DNA of 64,000 nt, taken from contig CM059432.1 of assembly GCA_030390025.1 (NCBI GenBank), positions 83,950,001-84,014,000 on the forward strand, in the 5' to 3' direction. The position numbers and the translations under genes are program-made. Shown in pieces: positions 26,285 through 39,241 of this stretch. How positions within the stretch are numbered: position 1 is the first letter of the stretch; each line of letters starts with the position of its first letter. The DNA is from Squalus acanthias. Taxonomy: Eukaryota. Below the pieces are notes generated by a model, which saw only the letters and a list, made by a program, of their open reading frames with translations, did no database searches and had not been told where the DNA came from.

Positions 26285-28466
26285 GGGGGCCAACTGCTGT
26301 TAACGTCCGCCCGAAATGGCCGCAGCGCTAACCGACCTAAACTGATGTGGGGGGCATGGAGGTAGGTGGCGCAGCGCTAACCTTAGGTGCAACGCCTTGT
26401 GGCTTTGATGCTTCCCCTAGTGTCTGTGTGCGAGACTGTGAAGCTCGCAATGCATTGTGGGCATGAGGAGCTCTGAAATTTAAAGGGGCCATGCACATTG
26501 AAGCAAGACAAAATAAAGTGCACTGATTCAATACATTTTTCAGCCATTTCTGTCTTTTTACAAATATTCAATATTTAAAAGAAGTTCCAAATATGATTAT
26601 TCATCTCTTAAAGCTGAATTACCTTCCTAAACTGAACAAATGGAAAAACTGTCTCAGCACTAACACAAATGGCTCAGCAAGCCAGGGAAGCGGCACCCAG
26701 AGTCTCGCACGCAGCACCCAAGCTTTGTGCAGGGGGTCAACACTAAGACTGGCCCTCTACCCACAGAAGCCAGGAGGCCCTCCAGAAAGAACAATGTGGG
26801 AGTACATTACCAAGGCCGTCACTGCCAGCAGTGTTGCCCCCACCACCTGGCTCCAGTGCCCACAGAAGCTTCATGACCTCAGACCACTGGTCAAGGTCAG
26901 TGAATGCATCTTCAAAAGCCGTCACCTACCAACTGCACCACTAGCCTCACATAATGCTCAATGTATGACCCCCAATCACTCACCTACCAACAATCTGCGC
27001 CAATGACGAGGCACATCCACCATTCCTAGCATCACCTCACTTCCTTGGAGGAGACGGTGCAGGCCATTCTTGGCAGGAGCATGGTTGAGCCCTTGGCCAG
27101 CGGCGGGGCTGAAAGGATACAAGATGCGGGTATCCTCGTACGTTATCCCCCTTCTGGCATGCACCTCTATGCTTCCCGCCCTCCCATCAGCACAACTCCA
27201 CCCTTGTGTTTTCCTCATTTTACACACCCAAGAAATGCAGTTTGCCCAGCCAATGGGACCGCAGGCGAATGATTCCATCCCGGATATCCTAGCCACAAAG
27301 GGGCTGACTGGGATGCATCCTTCCGTCTGATTCCTCCTCTTCTGCGTCTTGCTCTTCTGCGTCTTGCTCTTCTGCGTCTTGCTCTTCTGCGTCTTGCTCA
27401 CCTGCGTCTTGCTCACCTGCGTCTTGCTCACCTGCGTCTTGCTCACCTGCGTCTTGCTCTTCTGCGTCTTGCTCACCTGCGTCTTGCTCACCTGCGTCTT
27501 GCTCTTCTGCATCTTGCTCTTCTGCGTCTTGCTCACCTGCGTCTTGTTCACCTGCATCTTGCTCTTCTGCGTCTTGCTCTTCTGCGTCTTGCTCTTCTGC
27601 GTCTTGCTCTTCTGCGTCTTGCTCACCTGCGTCTTGCTCACCTGCGTCTTGCTCACCTGCGTCTTGCTCTTCTGCGTCTTGCTCACCTGCGTCTTGCTCA
27701 CCTGCGTCTTGCTCTTCTGCGTCTTGCTCTTCTGCGTCTTGCTCACCTGCGTCTTGTTCACCTGCATCTTGCTCTTCTGCGTCTTGCTCTTCTGCGTCTT
27801 GCTCTTCTGCGTCTTGCTCTTCTGCATCTTGCTCACCTGCGTCTTGCTCTTCTGCATCTTGTTCACCTGCGTCTTGCTCGACCTGCGTCTTGCTCACCTG
27901 CGTCTTGCTCTTCTGCGTCTTGCTCTTCTGCGTCTTCCTCTTCCCTCTGCAAGTGGATGCTGTAAATGTGAAATGACAGCATAAGATGCTGCAAATACTC
28001 AGCATGTTGACCTGAGATGTGAACTCCACGGATGTAGCGTGACCTGCTGAGTATTCGCAGCATGTTCTGTCTTCTCAAAGGCATTCACTTACCATCCGAG
28101 CCCTTGCAAGCGTCCAGCAGCACTCCCAAAACACTTAAACTTTTCACATATATTGCAGCAAGCCACCACTTCAATAAAATCCAAAAAACCAAGGCCAAAC
28201 CCTTCCATTCAAACTTACCTGATTGATGTGTGTGTCCCTTTAACAGCTGCAGATATCGCCACTGTCAGCATCTGTCAGCCTGCTTGCACGCCTGGCGTGA
28301 TTAAGACCCAGCGGTCGAAGTTCGCATAGGTGATGTTAAATCTGCATTGCACGAATATGGTGGCCGCCGCGGGGACCGCCTCCAGCTGGCACAAGAGCGG
28401 CAGCCGCCATTTTTTTGAGAATCGCTGGCGCTAACAGGTGCCGGTAAGTATATGAATTTCTCGCCC
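26285..28466. mobile_element. Internally deleted Harbinger C (Myb/SANT remnant on +; left end uncertain)
   Basis: W.YITKAV.ASS.AP.TW.QC..K.HDL; 27045-27140 matches exon 2 of the element B partner gene; right terminus AATTTCTCGCCC. Confidence 0.7.
27343..27943. repeat. 15-bp minisatellite, ~40 units, TGCGTCTTGCTC(TTC/ACC)
   Basis: Directly visible tandem array with one 16-bp unit near 27880. Confidence 0.98.
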
Positions 28467-28539
28467 GAAGTGTCAGCATTCACTGTGGTAGTATTGAGTA
28501 TTTTGATTTGTTCCATAGAAAAGCATGGAAGAAATACAA

Positions 28540-29000
28540 AGTTACAACATGGTTATAGTGCATTTGGCCCAACCCGTCCATGTCAGTGTACCTTCCATGC
28601 AAGCAAATAGTCCTAATCAGATTTGCTCACCCTGTTCCCAAATCCCTTCACCCCCTTTTCCTTCATCCACCTAGCCAATCTAATCTTGAATGCTAACATT
28701 GATTCTGCCTAAACCATTAATCCTGGAAGTGAATTCCACTGCCTCACAACTTTTCTCCATAAAGAAGTTTCTCCTGCCCTCTATTCTAAATCTCTTACAT
28801 TTAATCTTGTATCTATGGCCCCTTGTTCTAGACCCCTTAACTACTGGAAATTGTCTTCTTCTATCTACCCAGTCCCATCCTTTCACAATTGAAACACTTC
28901 TAACATATTGCTCCATAATTTAAAAAAGCCATTTTTCAAGTCTTTCTTCATATTTGTATTTCCTCATAGCAGGCAGCACCCTCGGATTCCACGAGGTACC
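28540..29000 (-). mobile_element. Old CR1 3' fragment
   Basis: FPVVKGSRTRGHRYKI..RRNFF. Confidence 0.75.
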
Positions 29001-30937
29001 CTCTCAAAAGCCTATTATAATTCCCAAAGACTGTTTTAGTTTAAGACTGTGGTAACTACTACAAAAGGCTATCGGTTATTAATTCCAGTTGTCTTATGCT
29101 CCACTGTTAATCTTATCCTCTGCATTTTCTAACTCTACCTGATCTTTCAAATACATTTAATTAATTGTTTTAGCCTCCCAAATATCCAGACTATGAAATA
29201 TTATCACCTATTTGAAGTGAGAGTGGCAGTGTAGCAGAAGGCTATGCGTAATCTAGTAGCAGTATCATAACTGGGATAATTGTTAATTCCTGGGTGCAAA
29301 CACTCTGTTAGAGCAAAAAATGAAAAGATACAGATGCCAAATTGTAAGAGAAATGATCCAGCTATAGAAACTTTCATCAAATTGTTGAATGAGTAAACTG
29401 TGCAGAAGAACCTGAATATTTAACGACTGCGTATGTCAGCCCTATATTTAAGGAGCATAAAACATGCACAAAACCACGACATACACCAGGTTTTACAGTA
29501 TCTAGTGCACATCAGACATGGCTAATTTGCCTTAATTTTTCTTCTCTCCCGACTCCAATTCCTCCCCCCTTCTCCCTGGAGGCACAGGTTCTTGTGAAGT
29601 TACAGCTGCACAGTGGACATCAGCTCTCCCCCCCACACCCCCATAACTCACATATGTGGCCCTTCTTCATGTATATGCTAACACATGTTTGTTGACAGAT
29701 TACTTGATTGTGATAAGTAATGCAGCCAAGCCTGATATCGCCCTCAATCCGATATCCACATAAATGGATAGTCCAGCAGAATAACAATCAGGAATAGGAA
29801 TCCTGGCTGATTTTTCTCCTCCCAACCCAGGGCACTGTGTCCAATCGTACTGTCCATACTGCTTCCCAGCTGAGATCAGCCAGCCTGAGATCTACCAATC
29901 TCTATTTCTTAATGTTCAACTTGGTGCATTAACCCACTAGGCAATCAGGAGATTTTCTTCTAATATTCTTATACACATAAAACATCAACATTCTAGTTGA
30001 AACTGCCCATAGAATTGTAAGGTGATTTTATCAAAATTCATTTTCTTTGCAATACTTAAAGAGGCAGGAAAGTCCAGAGGGAAAATGTTTTGTTCAAAGA
30101 ACTTCCCTATTTTGTAGAGTTAAAAAAAATTCTCATTGAATATTTGAGATCTCAGAGCCGCCTTGGGAAATCATGCATTTGGCTAGAAAACCTGCATCTC
30201 TAGCTGGAGTGGTTGTCAGGCCAGTTCAAAGTCATAGCCCTGTTGTTTCCTTGTTTCCTATGGAGCCTCCCTGGGGTGCATGAGGGCAATTATATCAAAA
30301 GAGGAGCCTAGGTACAAGTGTCTCCCAGCAGGTAAGAAAATTTACATTTTTACAAAAATATCAAAACAAATTCTTCTGAGACTATTATTTTACTCTGGAA
30401 AATTGGGTAGTATGTTGAAGAAAAAATCTCACTCTACATTTTACTCTTCCCCTACAACTGAAGGAAAATCTTATAACAATGAAATATAAAAGCTATATAA
30501 AATATTGGTAAATTTACAAAATATATTTATGAAATATGAATATATTATGAAATACATTTAACTATTTGTTTCCTATCTTAGGTACAGAATTATACAAAAC
30601 CTGGTAAAGGCATCATATCTCTTGCCATCTAAAAGGTGTATTTACAAAATAGTTAAGCAACCTTTGAAATTGTATAATTCCCTCTCTACGTTTTTTTGGA
30701 ATAGAACAAGGTGGATAGAGTAAAGCTTAGGTAGAAGGACAACATGGAGCTGGATTATTGCCATCACTAATGACACCTTGTCCTTTTTCATCTTAGTAAC
30801 ATTTCAGAAGTGGAATTTGCCTAAGGGCCTGCTTACTGAGCTGAAACTGAGAATCATATCCTTTATCTGCAGTCTCAATGGGTTTGTTTGATACACAGTA
30901 GGCCATGACCTTCAGAAGACTTTTCACTCCCTCTTAC

Positions 30938-31015
30938 CTGATCCTGAGAAATTGTCTAAAGAGCCGTCTGCTGTCGTTGTGGCAATATCGCTGCTGCTCA
31001 TTGGTTCTGTTTTGA
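30938..31015 (-). CDS. EYA1: EYA1 exon: (V)[25 protein letters not shown]
   Basis: ttttcag|TCAAAA...TCAG|gtaaga; 78 nt, phase 1-1; matches EYA1 [26 protein letters not shown]. Not visible in the ORF track. Confidence 0.96.
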
Positions 31016-31325
31016 CTGAAAAGCAAACAGAAAAAATGCAACTATTTCAACCATTTGATGAACACTTGCCTTATGTTTAAAGGAAACTAAAATTACATCT
31101 GATATTAATAAAAAAGTGGGAGTATTAAACAGGCAGCACAAAGTATGTTTCCCATTTATAAACATTGAGATATTAGGCTGTATTCTTATTTCACACATCT
31201 AGAATATTATTTTTAAAGTAATTTGAAATGGAAGGGGTATGGAAGTAGAGTAGATAGCTCCAGCAGAAATGCTAGCACTGGCAGATGGGACAGTCTCCTT
31301 CTGTGCTGTGATTTCTAAATTTTTT

Positions 31326-32641
31326 AAACAACAACAACAACTTGTATTTATATAGAGCCTTTAACATAGTAAAACATCCTAAGGCGCTTCACAGGAGAGT
31401 TATCAAATAAAATTTGACACCGAGCCACATAAGGAGAAATTAAGGCAGAAGAGGTAGGTTTTAAGGAGCGTCTTAAGGGAGGAAAGAGAGGTAGAGAGGC
31501 AGAGAGGTTTAGGGAGGGAATTCCAGAGCTTAGGGCCTAGGCAGCTGAAGGCGGCCACCAATGGTTGAGTGATTAAAATCAGGGATGTTCAAGAGGCCTG
31601 AATTAGAGGAGCGCAGATATCTCGGGGGTGGTGGGGGGTGGGGGGGTTGTGGTGCTGGAGGAGATTACAGTGATAGGGTGGGGCGAGGCCATGGAGGGAT
31701 TTGAAATCAAGGATGAGAACTTTAGAATCGAGGCATTGCTTATCCGGGAGCCAATGTAGGTCAGCGAGCACAGGGGTGATGGGTGAACGGGACTTGGTGC
31801 AAGTTAGGATACAGGCAGCAGAGTTTTGGATGACCTCAAGTTTACATAGGGTAGAGCGTGGGAGGCCAGCCAGGAGTGCATTGGAATAGTCAAGTTTAGA
31901 GGTAACAAAGGCATGGATGAGGGTTTCAGCAGCAGATGAGCTGAGGCGGGGCGGAGACGGGCGATGTTACGGAGGTGGAAATAGGCGGTCTTAGTTATGG
32001 CACGGATATATGGTCAGAAGCTCATTCCGAGGTCAAATATGACACCAAGGTTGCGAATAGTCTGGTTCAGCCTCAGATAGATGCTAAGGAGAGGGAGGGA
32101 GTTGGTGGCTGGGGAACGGAGTTTGTGGCGGGGACCGAAGACAATGGCTTCGGTCTTCCCAATATTTAGTTGGAGGAAATTTCTGCTCATCAGTACTGGA
32201 TGTCGGACAAGCAGTCTAACAATTTAGAAACAGTGGAGGGGTCGAGCGAAGTGGTGGTGTGGCAGGGGTGGTAACCTGATTGGAGGGATTCAAACATGGG
32301 AAAGATGGGCATGGATTTGGGAGGCGACAACACATTCAAGGACGTTGGAGAGGAAAGGAAGGTTGGAGATGGGGCAGTAGTTTGCAAGGACGGAGGGGTC
32401 AAGGGTTGTTTTTTTGAGGAGAGAGGTGATGACGGCAGATTTGAGGGAGAGTGGGACAGTACCTGAGGAGAGAGAACCGTTAACAATATCAACTAACATG
32501 GGAGCCAGAAAAGGAAGTTGGGTGGTCAGCAGTTTAGTGGGAATAGGGTCAAAGAAGGAGGAAGATGGACAAGATGAGTGTGGAGAGGTCAGGAGGGAAG
32601 ATTGGAGAGAAACTGGAGAAAGATGTGAGTTCAGGGCTAGA
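31326..32641 (-). mobile_element. L2 LINE 3' part with internal deletions
   Basis: DPIPTKLL, NYCPISNLPFLS.VLE, LADLHWLP; (AAC)n tail at the left. Confidence 0.88.
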
Positions 32642-32941
32642 GAAACAGGATATATTGGGCGCAAAATTGTGATTGTTGGCGCACACTTGTGGGGCAAATT
32701 GCGCCAGACACCATATTGGTGAGTGCGTTGGGACACCCCACTAGTGCTATTCAAAGGGATCATCAACTACTTACAGGTTAGTTCCTAGTTGATTTCTTCT
32801 GGCTGTTGCTATGATTCTAAAAGTGTTTGGTACTTTCTATAGTTGTTTCAAGTTGCAAAAGTCTACAGGGAGTGGTGTGGCAAGTGCCGAAGGACTTTTT
32901 GCTGACTTCAAGGCTTCTGCACAAACCAGTCGCTCCCAGAC

Positions 32942-34157
32942 ATGGGTGCACTAGTAGACATTCCGCTTGGAAAATGAGCAGAGGCCACGCAGAGCAGGAC
33001 AAGCTGCTGGAAGAGGGAGGAGGAGGAGGTGGAGAAGGGTTCTCAGCAGGAGGCCATATCGCCCAGGGTGTTCAGGGGGCAATTCTCCTACCTGAACCTC
33101 AGCAAGGAACAATGTGTGAAACATCTGCATTTCAGTAAGGACGTCCCCACTGAAATCTGTCATGTGCTGCAGCCACAACTGCAACCTCAGAGCAGGACAA
33201 GGACCACATTGCCAGTGGCTGTGAAGGTGACCATGGCCATGAACTTTTGTGTGTCGGGCTCCTTCCAGGCTGGAGCTGGAGATATTTGCAACATCTCACA
33301 GTTTGCCATCCACTGTTGCGTAAGGAAAGTCACTGAGGCTTTCTATTCAAAGAGAGCTGACTACATTTCATTCTCTCTTGCCAGAGACTAGCATGCAAAG
33401 CGAGCATGCCTTGCGCCAGATACCATATTGGTGAGTGCGTTGGTGCGCACGTAGTGAACGCCCGCAGAGCAGGCAGATCATGATGTCAATCAGCATGCAA
33501 TGCTGATTTGATGCCTTACAGGCTTCCCATGATGCACAGTCCCATTGACTGCACGCACATCGCTTTGTGGGCACCGCATGTCAACTCTGCCATATATCGG
33601 AACCGAAAGGGCTTCCACTCACCAAGGTCCAGCTGGTGGGCAACCTTAGGCAGCGAATCATGCAGGTCAATGCCCGGTATCCTGGCAGCAGTCATGATAC
33701 CTTCATTCTGCGACAGTCAGCTGTGCCAGCTGCATTTCAGTCACCACGGCAAACCAAAGGGTGGCTACTGGGTGACAAGGGCTAGCCGCTGATGACATTG
33801 CTCATGACTCTGGTGCGCAACCCATGTGGGCAGCACGCATACAATGAAAGCCATGCTGCCACACAAAATGTGATAGAGCAGACCATTGGTATGCTGAAAC
33901 AATGCTTCTGCTGCCTGGACCGCTCTGAAGGAGCCCTGCAGTACTCGACAGAGCGAGTGCCAAGATTTGTGGTGGTCTGCTGCATGCTACACAACCTCGC
34001 CATGATGAGGGCACAGCCCTTGCCACCAGTTATATGGCGAGCAGCTGAGGAGGAGGAGGATGAGGAGGAGGAGGAAGAGGAAGGGAGGAGGCAATCTAGA
34101 CAGCCCCTTTCTATCCAGGTTGTCTGTAAAGAACTCATCCGCATGCGATACCAGTAA
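32942..34157 (+). pseudogene. Harbinger transposase pseudogene
   Basis: LPVAVKVT..SGSFQ, IDCTHI, YPGSSHD, LLGDKG*, VIEQTIGMLK, CCMLHN; stops and frameshifts. Confidence 0.9.
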
Positions 34158-34399
34158 CTGCAACCCCAATTCCCCATTCACCAACAGTCCCACACCTTAC
34201 CTTCCCTCTGTCACTGACCATCACAGCATCTGTTTGGCCACAATGCAAAAATAAAAGCCATCACAAAATAAACATTCCAAACCAAATTTATAAATCAAAT
34301 CATGTCATACTGCATACAAACAAAAACTAATCATCTTGTGCATTCTGTGCTTTCCTGAGAGAGGACAGCAGGTTCATGTTCCATGGAGCCACTGCCTCC

Positions 34400-36665
34400 C
34401 CCCCCAGGGTGGAGCCTCAGCAATCCTAGTAATCTGTTGGAGGACAGATATCCTGCAAGCCCCTTTGAACACTGGTATCCACAGCCATGATGGCAGCAGT
34501 CTGAGCTTGCATGGCAGGAAGCTAACCTTGCCTGACACCAGTCTGAGTTTCCATTGCAGCACTCAGATGTTGGGTGGCTGCTGCTTGTACTGCAATGGAA
34601 CCTGCAATAGTGGCCATCAGACGCTGCATCATAGTTAGGTCCACAAGTGTGCGAACCAAATTGGCTACCACTTCCATGTTGGAAATGAAGGGCTCCAAGC
34701 TCTGTGCAAAGCCCTGTGTCAAGTTCGTGCCAGACTCCTCCATGCTCCTTGACATTGTACGCAGGCTTCCCAATGCACCAAACATTTCATTGTGCATAAC
34801 CATCAGCCTTCTTCTGTAGCCTGCCCCATCGAAGTCCTCATCTGAGTCCTCTGCAGCAGAACCCGTGTGCGACCTCACCCTCCGGCGAGCTGACGCCTGT
34901 GCTATCCTTGTCCCCTGTACTGGCTGAAGGCCACTCGTGCCTGGTGTCTCACCATATGCAGATCCTGCCTCTATCCTATCCTTTAAATTACGCACAGAGT
35001 CAATATCTGAGCTGGTGGCTGTGAGTGTGAAATCGAGTGACGGTGTGTCTTCATCATCACTACTGTCTTCTTGCTGTTCCTCCACTGCCTGGCCAGGTTG
35101 CACTTCTTGGGTATCCGAAAGGAGAAAGGCACAAGGTTAGGGTTGTGGTGAGGGGAGGGGGGCGGAAAGTAAGAGGTGCATGCACCATGTGCAGCTTTAA
35201 ATCAGAAGAGATTGTGGGATGAGGGGGAAGTGGGATGTGAGAAGGAGTGTTAGGTATGAGGATGCCATCATCTTTGGTTTCAACCCCGTTATTGGCCAAG
35301 GCCTCAGCCATGGCCCTTCCAAAACTGGCCAGCACCATCTCCTCTATGGGGGTTTAGGCCATGCAGGCAAACCAGTCCCCAGCCGGTTAGCTCCTGCTGC
35401 CTCCAGTTGTGCGCCACCTTGTCCTGCAAGAGAGAGGGAAGTGTGTCAGTGAGTGTCGAGCAATCTGTTTGGGTGATGTGGCTGTCATGGTTAATAAGAA
35501 CATAAGAACATAAGAAATAGGAGCAGGAGTAGGCCATTTGGCCCTTCGAGCCTGCTCCACCATTCAATAAGATCATGGCTGATCTTCTACCTCATCTCCA
35601 CTTTCCTGCACTATCCCCATATCATTTGATTCCCTTAATATTCAAAAATCTATCGATCTCTGTCTTGAATATACTCAACGACTGAGCCTCCACAGCCCTC
35701 TGGGGTAGAGAATTCCAAAGATTCACCATCCTCTGAGTGAAGAAATTTCTCCTCATCTCAGTCCTAAATGGCCGACCCCTTATTCTGAGATTGTGACCCC
35801 TGGTTCTAGACTCCCCAGCAAGGGGAAACATCCTCCCTGCATCTACCCTGTCAAGCCCTGTAAGAATTTTGTATGTTTCAATGAGTTCACCTCTCATTCT
35901 TCTAAACTCTAGAGAATATAGGCCTAGTCTACTCAATCTCTCCTCATAGGGCAATCCCCCCATCCCAGGAATCAGTCTGGTGAACCTTCGTTGCACTCCC
36001 TCTATGGCAAGTATATCCTTCCTTAGGTAAGGAGACCAAAAGTGTACACAATACTCCAGGTGTGGTCTCACCAGGGCCCTATATAATTGCAGTTGGTTGA
36101 ATAGCTGGCAGTGTGTACAAGCTGTGAGATGTGGGTGTGAGGCTTGCAGCAGTGCTAAGAGTGTGAGGGTGAGGTGAAGCTATGAATGTTAGGTATGAGT
36201 CCTGATTGATAGAGATTGTTGGTAGGTGAGTGATTGGGATGTGGTGGATTGAGCAGTGGCTGAGGCTAGTGGTGCAGTTGGTAGGATATGTCATTTGAAG
36301 ATTCATTCACTCGTGTGAGGTAACTGAACTTCTTGCGGCACTGTATCCAGGTCCTTGGGGTTTGACTCCTGGCATTGACCTCCACCATTGTTCCCTTTAA
36401 GCTGCACAGCCATGCAGCTCAATGGACCTCCCGCACATCCTGCTCAACACGCATGCGCGGTATTTTGAATGGCCATGCACCCAAAAAAAATTAACAGGAA
36501 CATCGACCTCCACGGCTATCTGCTCCCACTGCCTTCTGAGCGTGTGTCGGGCCTCCTGGCCCCCTGCGGATACAGGACATCTCTCCTACTTTCCAGCTCC
36601 TCCACCAAGGCCTTCAGTGCAGCGTCTATAAACCTTGGAGCACGTTCTCTCCCATGGTGCGCCAT
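34400..36665 (-). pseudogene. Spliced Myb/SANT partner gene of Harbinger B
   Basis: MAHHGRERAPRFIDAALKALVEE..RRDVLYP; PRTWIQCRKKF; exon 2 DKVAHNWRQQELTG. Confidence 0.8.
35496..36080 (-). mobile_element. Young CR1 3' fragment in an intron of the Harbinger B partner gene
   Basis: Uninterrupted 149-aa ORF2 C-terminus; (TAAGAACA)n tail. Confidence 0.92.
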
Positions 36666-38065
36666 TCTTCACTGGTTTCATGCCAGATTCACTTCCTGAA
36701 CGACTGCCAGCACGTGCCCCAAGCACAATGCACCTCCCCTTTAAGAGGTGCAGGCTAGCTTAAACTGGTGCTAGCCTATCAAAATATTGGCCCCTGCTGA
36801 TGCATCCAGACAATGAACAGTGTGATTAGCGCTGGCTGGACGCTGAAATCATTTAAATGAGCAGACAGCACAAAGCTGGCATGCTGTCTGCATTGCAATC
36901 ATCGGGAACGGGTTAATCGTGCATCACAATCCCCGTGAACGTTTTCGAGGGCTATCGAATTTAGCCTCCATTATATTTTATTCTCACCTTTAGAATTTTT
37001 CAAATATTTTTTGAATTGACAGGATATCCTTTTGAAATGTTTTCTTTCACCCTTTATACTTATGGTTCTTCAAAGCTTACTATCTATGTCAATGATTTTG
37101 CATTGTACACTTTCAATAGCTAAAAGTTTCATAGGTGATGCAGCACTTTTTATTTAAAAAGCATAAAGTGACTCCCCTGATGACTTAGTAGCCAAATGCA
37201 TCAACATGGTGCAGTATTGAGCCTTAGGGGGAGATTTTCAGACCAACTGCTGAGCGGAAATAGTGCAGTAGCAACCCCAAATTGGTGGCATATGACTTAC
37301 CGCCCTGTTCCTGCCAATGGTGTGGCCATTACTATCTTCCCACGGGTCTACCGCTGGGCAGCTGGCGAGTCCGCCTTCGTCAGGTGATAGACCATCGGAG
37401 TTCTCTGACTTATCTCGGAACCTGATTGTCATTTTATGACTTAACTGAGCTTGGTTTCCGCCCGCAACTCGCTGGCCCTACGTTAATGAGGTCCAACCCT
37501 CAACAAGGACGAGGTCTCTGGCCAGCCGAAAATCAAATGGAGGGAATATCTACCCCCTACAAACAAGGCATGTCCCAAGTTCATTTCTGTTCTTTCCGGA
37601 GTTATTTGATCTAAGGCAGGCAGTAGTGACGACTTTACAATTGGCCTCAGCCAAGATTCTTCTGATAAGACTGTGTAAGTCCAGATGTCAGGTGACGACA
37701 AGGTAAGCTTGTCAGATCAAATAACCTGTTGATGCTGCCTGTCTAGGCTCACACAGGATGTATTGGAGAACTGCAGGAAACTATGGAACTGTGCTCCAGC
37801 ATGAGTCATCACCGTCAGATGATGACAAGAGAGAGAACATTGGAAATTTTTTTAAAGATGAAATATCAGGTGGATGCTAAAAATATAGGGCCTTACATTC
37901 CATTATGTAGATCAAGAGAACAGATTTCTGAATTTTAGGGCATTACTTAGAAGGCCACTCTTTTTCTTGTATCAATATCTAATTTGTATAACAGTAGCTC
38001 TACTAACTCGAATAAGGGAACCAGCCTGGAGTTGTTAACTGAATTGGTAAGTATTAGTATACATA

Positions 38066-38570
38066 GAGGCCTTAGAGAGGGTGCAGAAAAGATTTATGAG
38101 AATGAATCCAGGGATGAGGGACTTCAGTTACATGGATAGTCTAGAGAAGTTGGAGTTGTTCTCCTTAGAGCAGAGAGGTTTGAGAGGAGATTTGATAGAG
38201 GTGTTCAAAATCATGAGGGGTCTAGACAGAGTAGATAGAGAGAAACTGTTCCCATTGGTGGAAGGGTCGAGAAACAGAGGACACAGATTTAAGGTGATTG
38301 GCAGAAGAACCAAAGGCGACATGAGGAAAAACTTTTTTATGCAGCGAGTGGTTAGGATCTGGAATGCACTTCCTGAAAGGGTGGTGGAGGCAGACTCAAT
38401 CGTAGCTTTCAAAAGGGAATTGGATAAGTACCTGAGGAGAAAAAATTTGCAGGGCTACGGGGAAAGGGCAGGGGAGTGGGACTAGCTGAAGTGCTCTTAC
38501 AGAGAGCCAGCACGGGCTCAACGGGCCGAATGGCCTCCTTCTGTGCTGTAACCATTCTATGATTCTATGA
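38066..38570 (+). mobile_element. CR1 3' fragment
   Basis: ORF 38081-38485; (ATTCTATG)n tail. Confidence 0.92.
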
Positions 38571-39046
38571 TACTACATCTGTCAATGAGCCAAAAGCTGA
38601 AACAAAGCCTACAATTCAATTACTATTTATTTTTTCCATTTCATATATCTCAATAAATTTGATAAACTCAGAACTCTGTCGTTCTTTCCCTCATGCATCA
38701 GTTTTTAGTCTATGCAACACTGGCAACTACAATAGCATCTGTCTTGTTCTCTTCATTTTTTTTATAAATGCTGTATTTTGTTAGTGCTAGTTTTCTGCCA
38801 TCAGCTGCTAACTGTTCTGTATCTGACTGCCCATTGTTGAAATCGCAAAATACGACTTTCGAAAATCAAAAAATATTGAACAAACTTATTCATACTGGTA
38901 ATTGCAGATATAATTGCAATCTAGGTATCTTACTCAATTTAGAGCCTGGCAATAGTTTTCTCAAAATCAACACTGTAATGCTAAAACTGTAAAAACGATT
39001 TGTCAGCATAAATTGTGTTCACTCTATGCCACTACTTATGCCTTAC

Positions 39047-39241
39047 AATTGTGCTGTGTGATATCAGTGATGAGCAAGTTAACATCTTTGTCCGAAATCT
39101 TTTGTCCATTATTTTAATGAAAGCACTAACCCATTTATTTTCAATGGATTAGCACCTTCATTAGAATAGTGGTTGGAGGAGTTTCATACAAATGCGTTAA
39201 TGTGTTATTTACTAATGCGGTACAGCACAATTTCAATCCCC
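39047..39241. repeat. Old foldback/palindromic element
   Basis: AATTGTGCTGT..CCATTATTTTAATGAA mirrors TTCATTAGAATAGTGG..ACAGCACAATT. Confidence 0.65.

Larger units (their letters stand above)
32657..36968. mobile_element. PIF/Harbinger transposon B (decayed, near full length; ends approximate)
   Basis: Convergent transposase (+) and Myb/SANT (-) genes; GGG..AAATT-type termini. Confidence 0.85.

Noticed and set aside
27343..27943. CRISPR-like array
   Set aside because: No unique spacers, no cas genes, vertebrate intron.
26976..28029. Long ORFs (KSKTQ)n, (EQDAE)n and (CVLLF)n as novel proteins
   Set aside because: The 15-bp unit has no stop in most frames, so the ORFs are by-products of the minisatellite.
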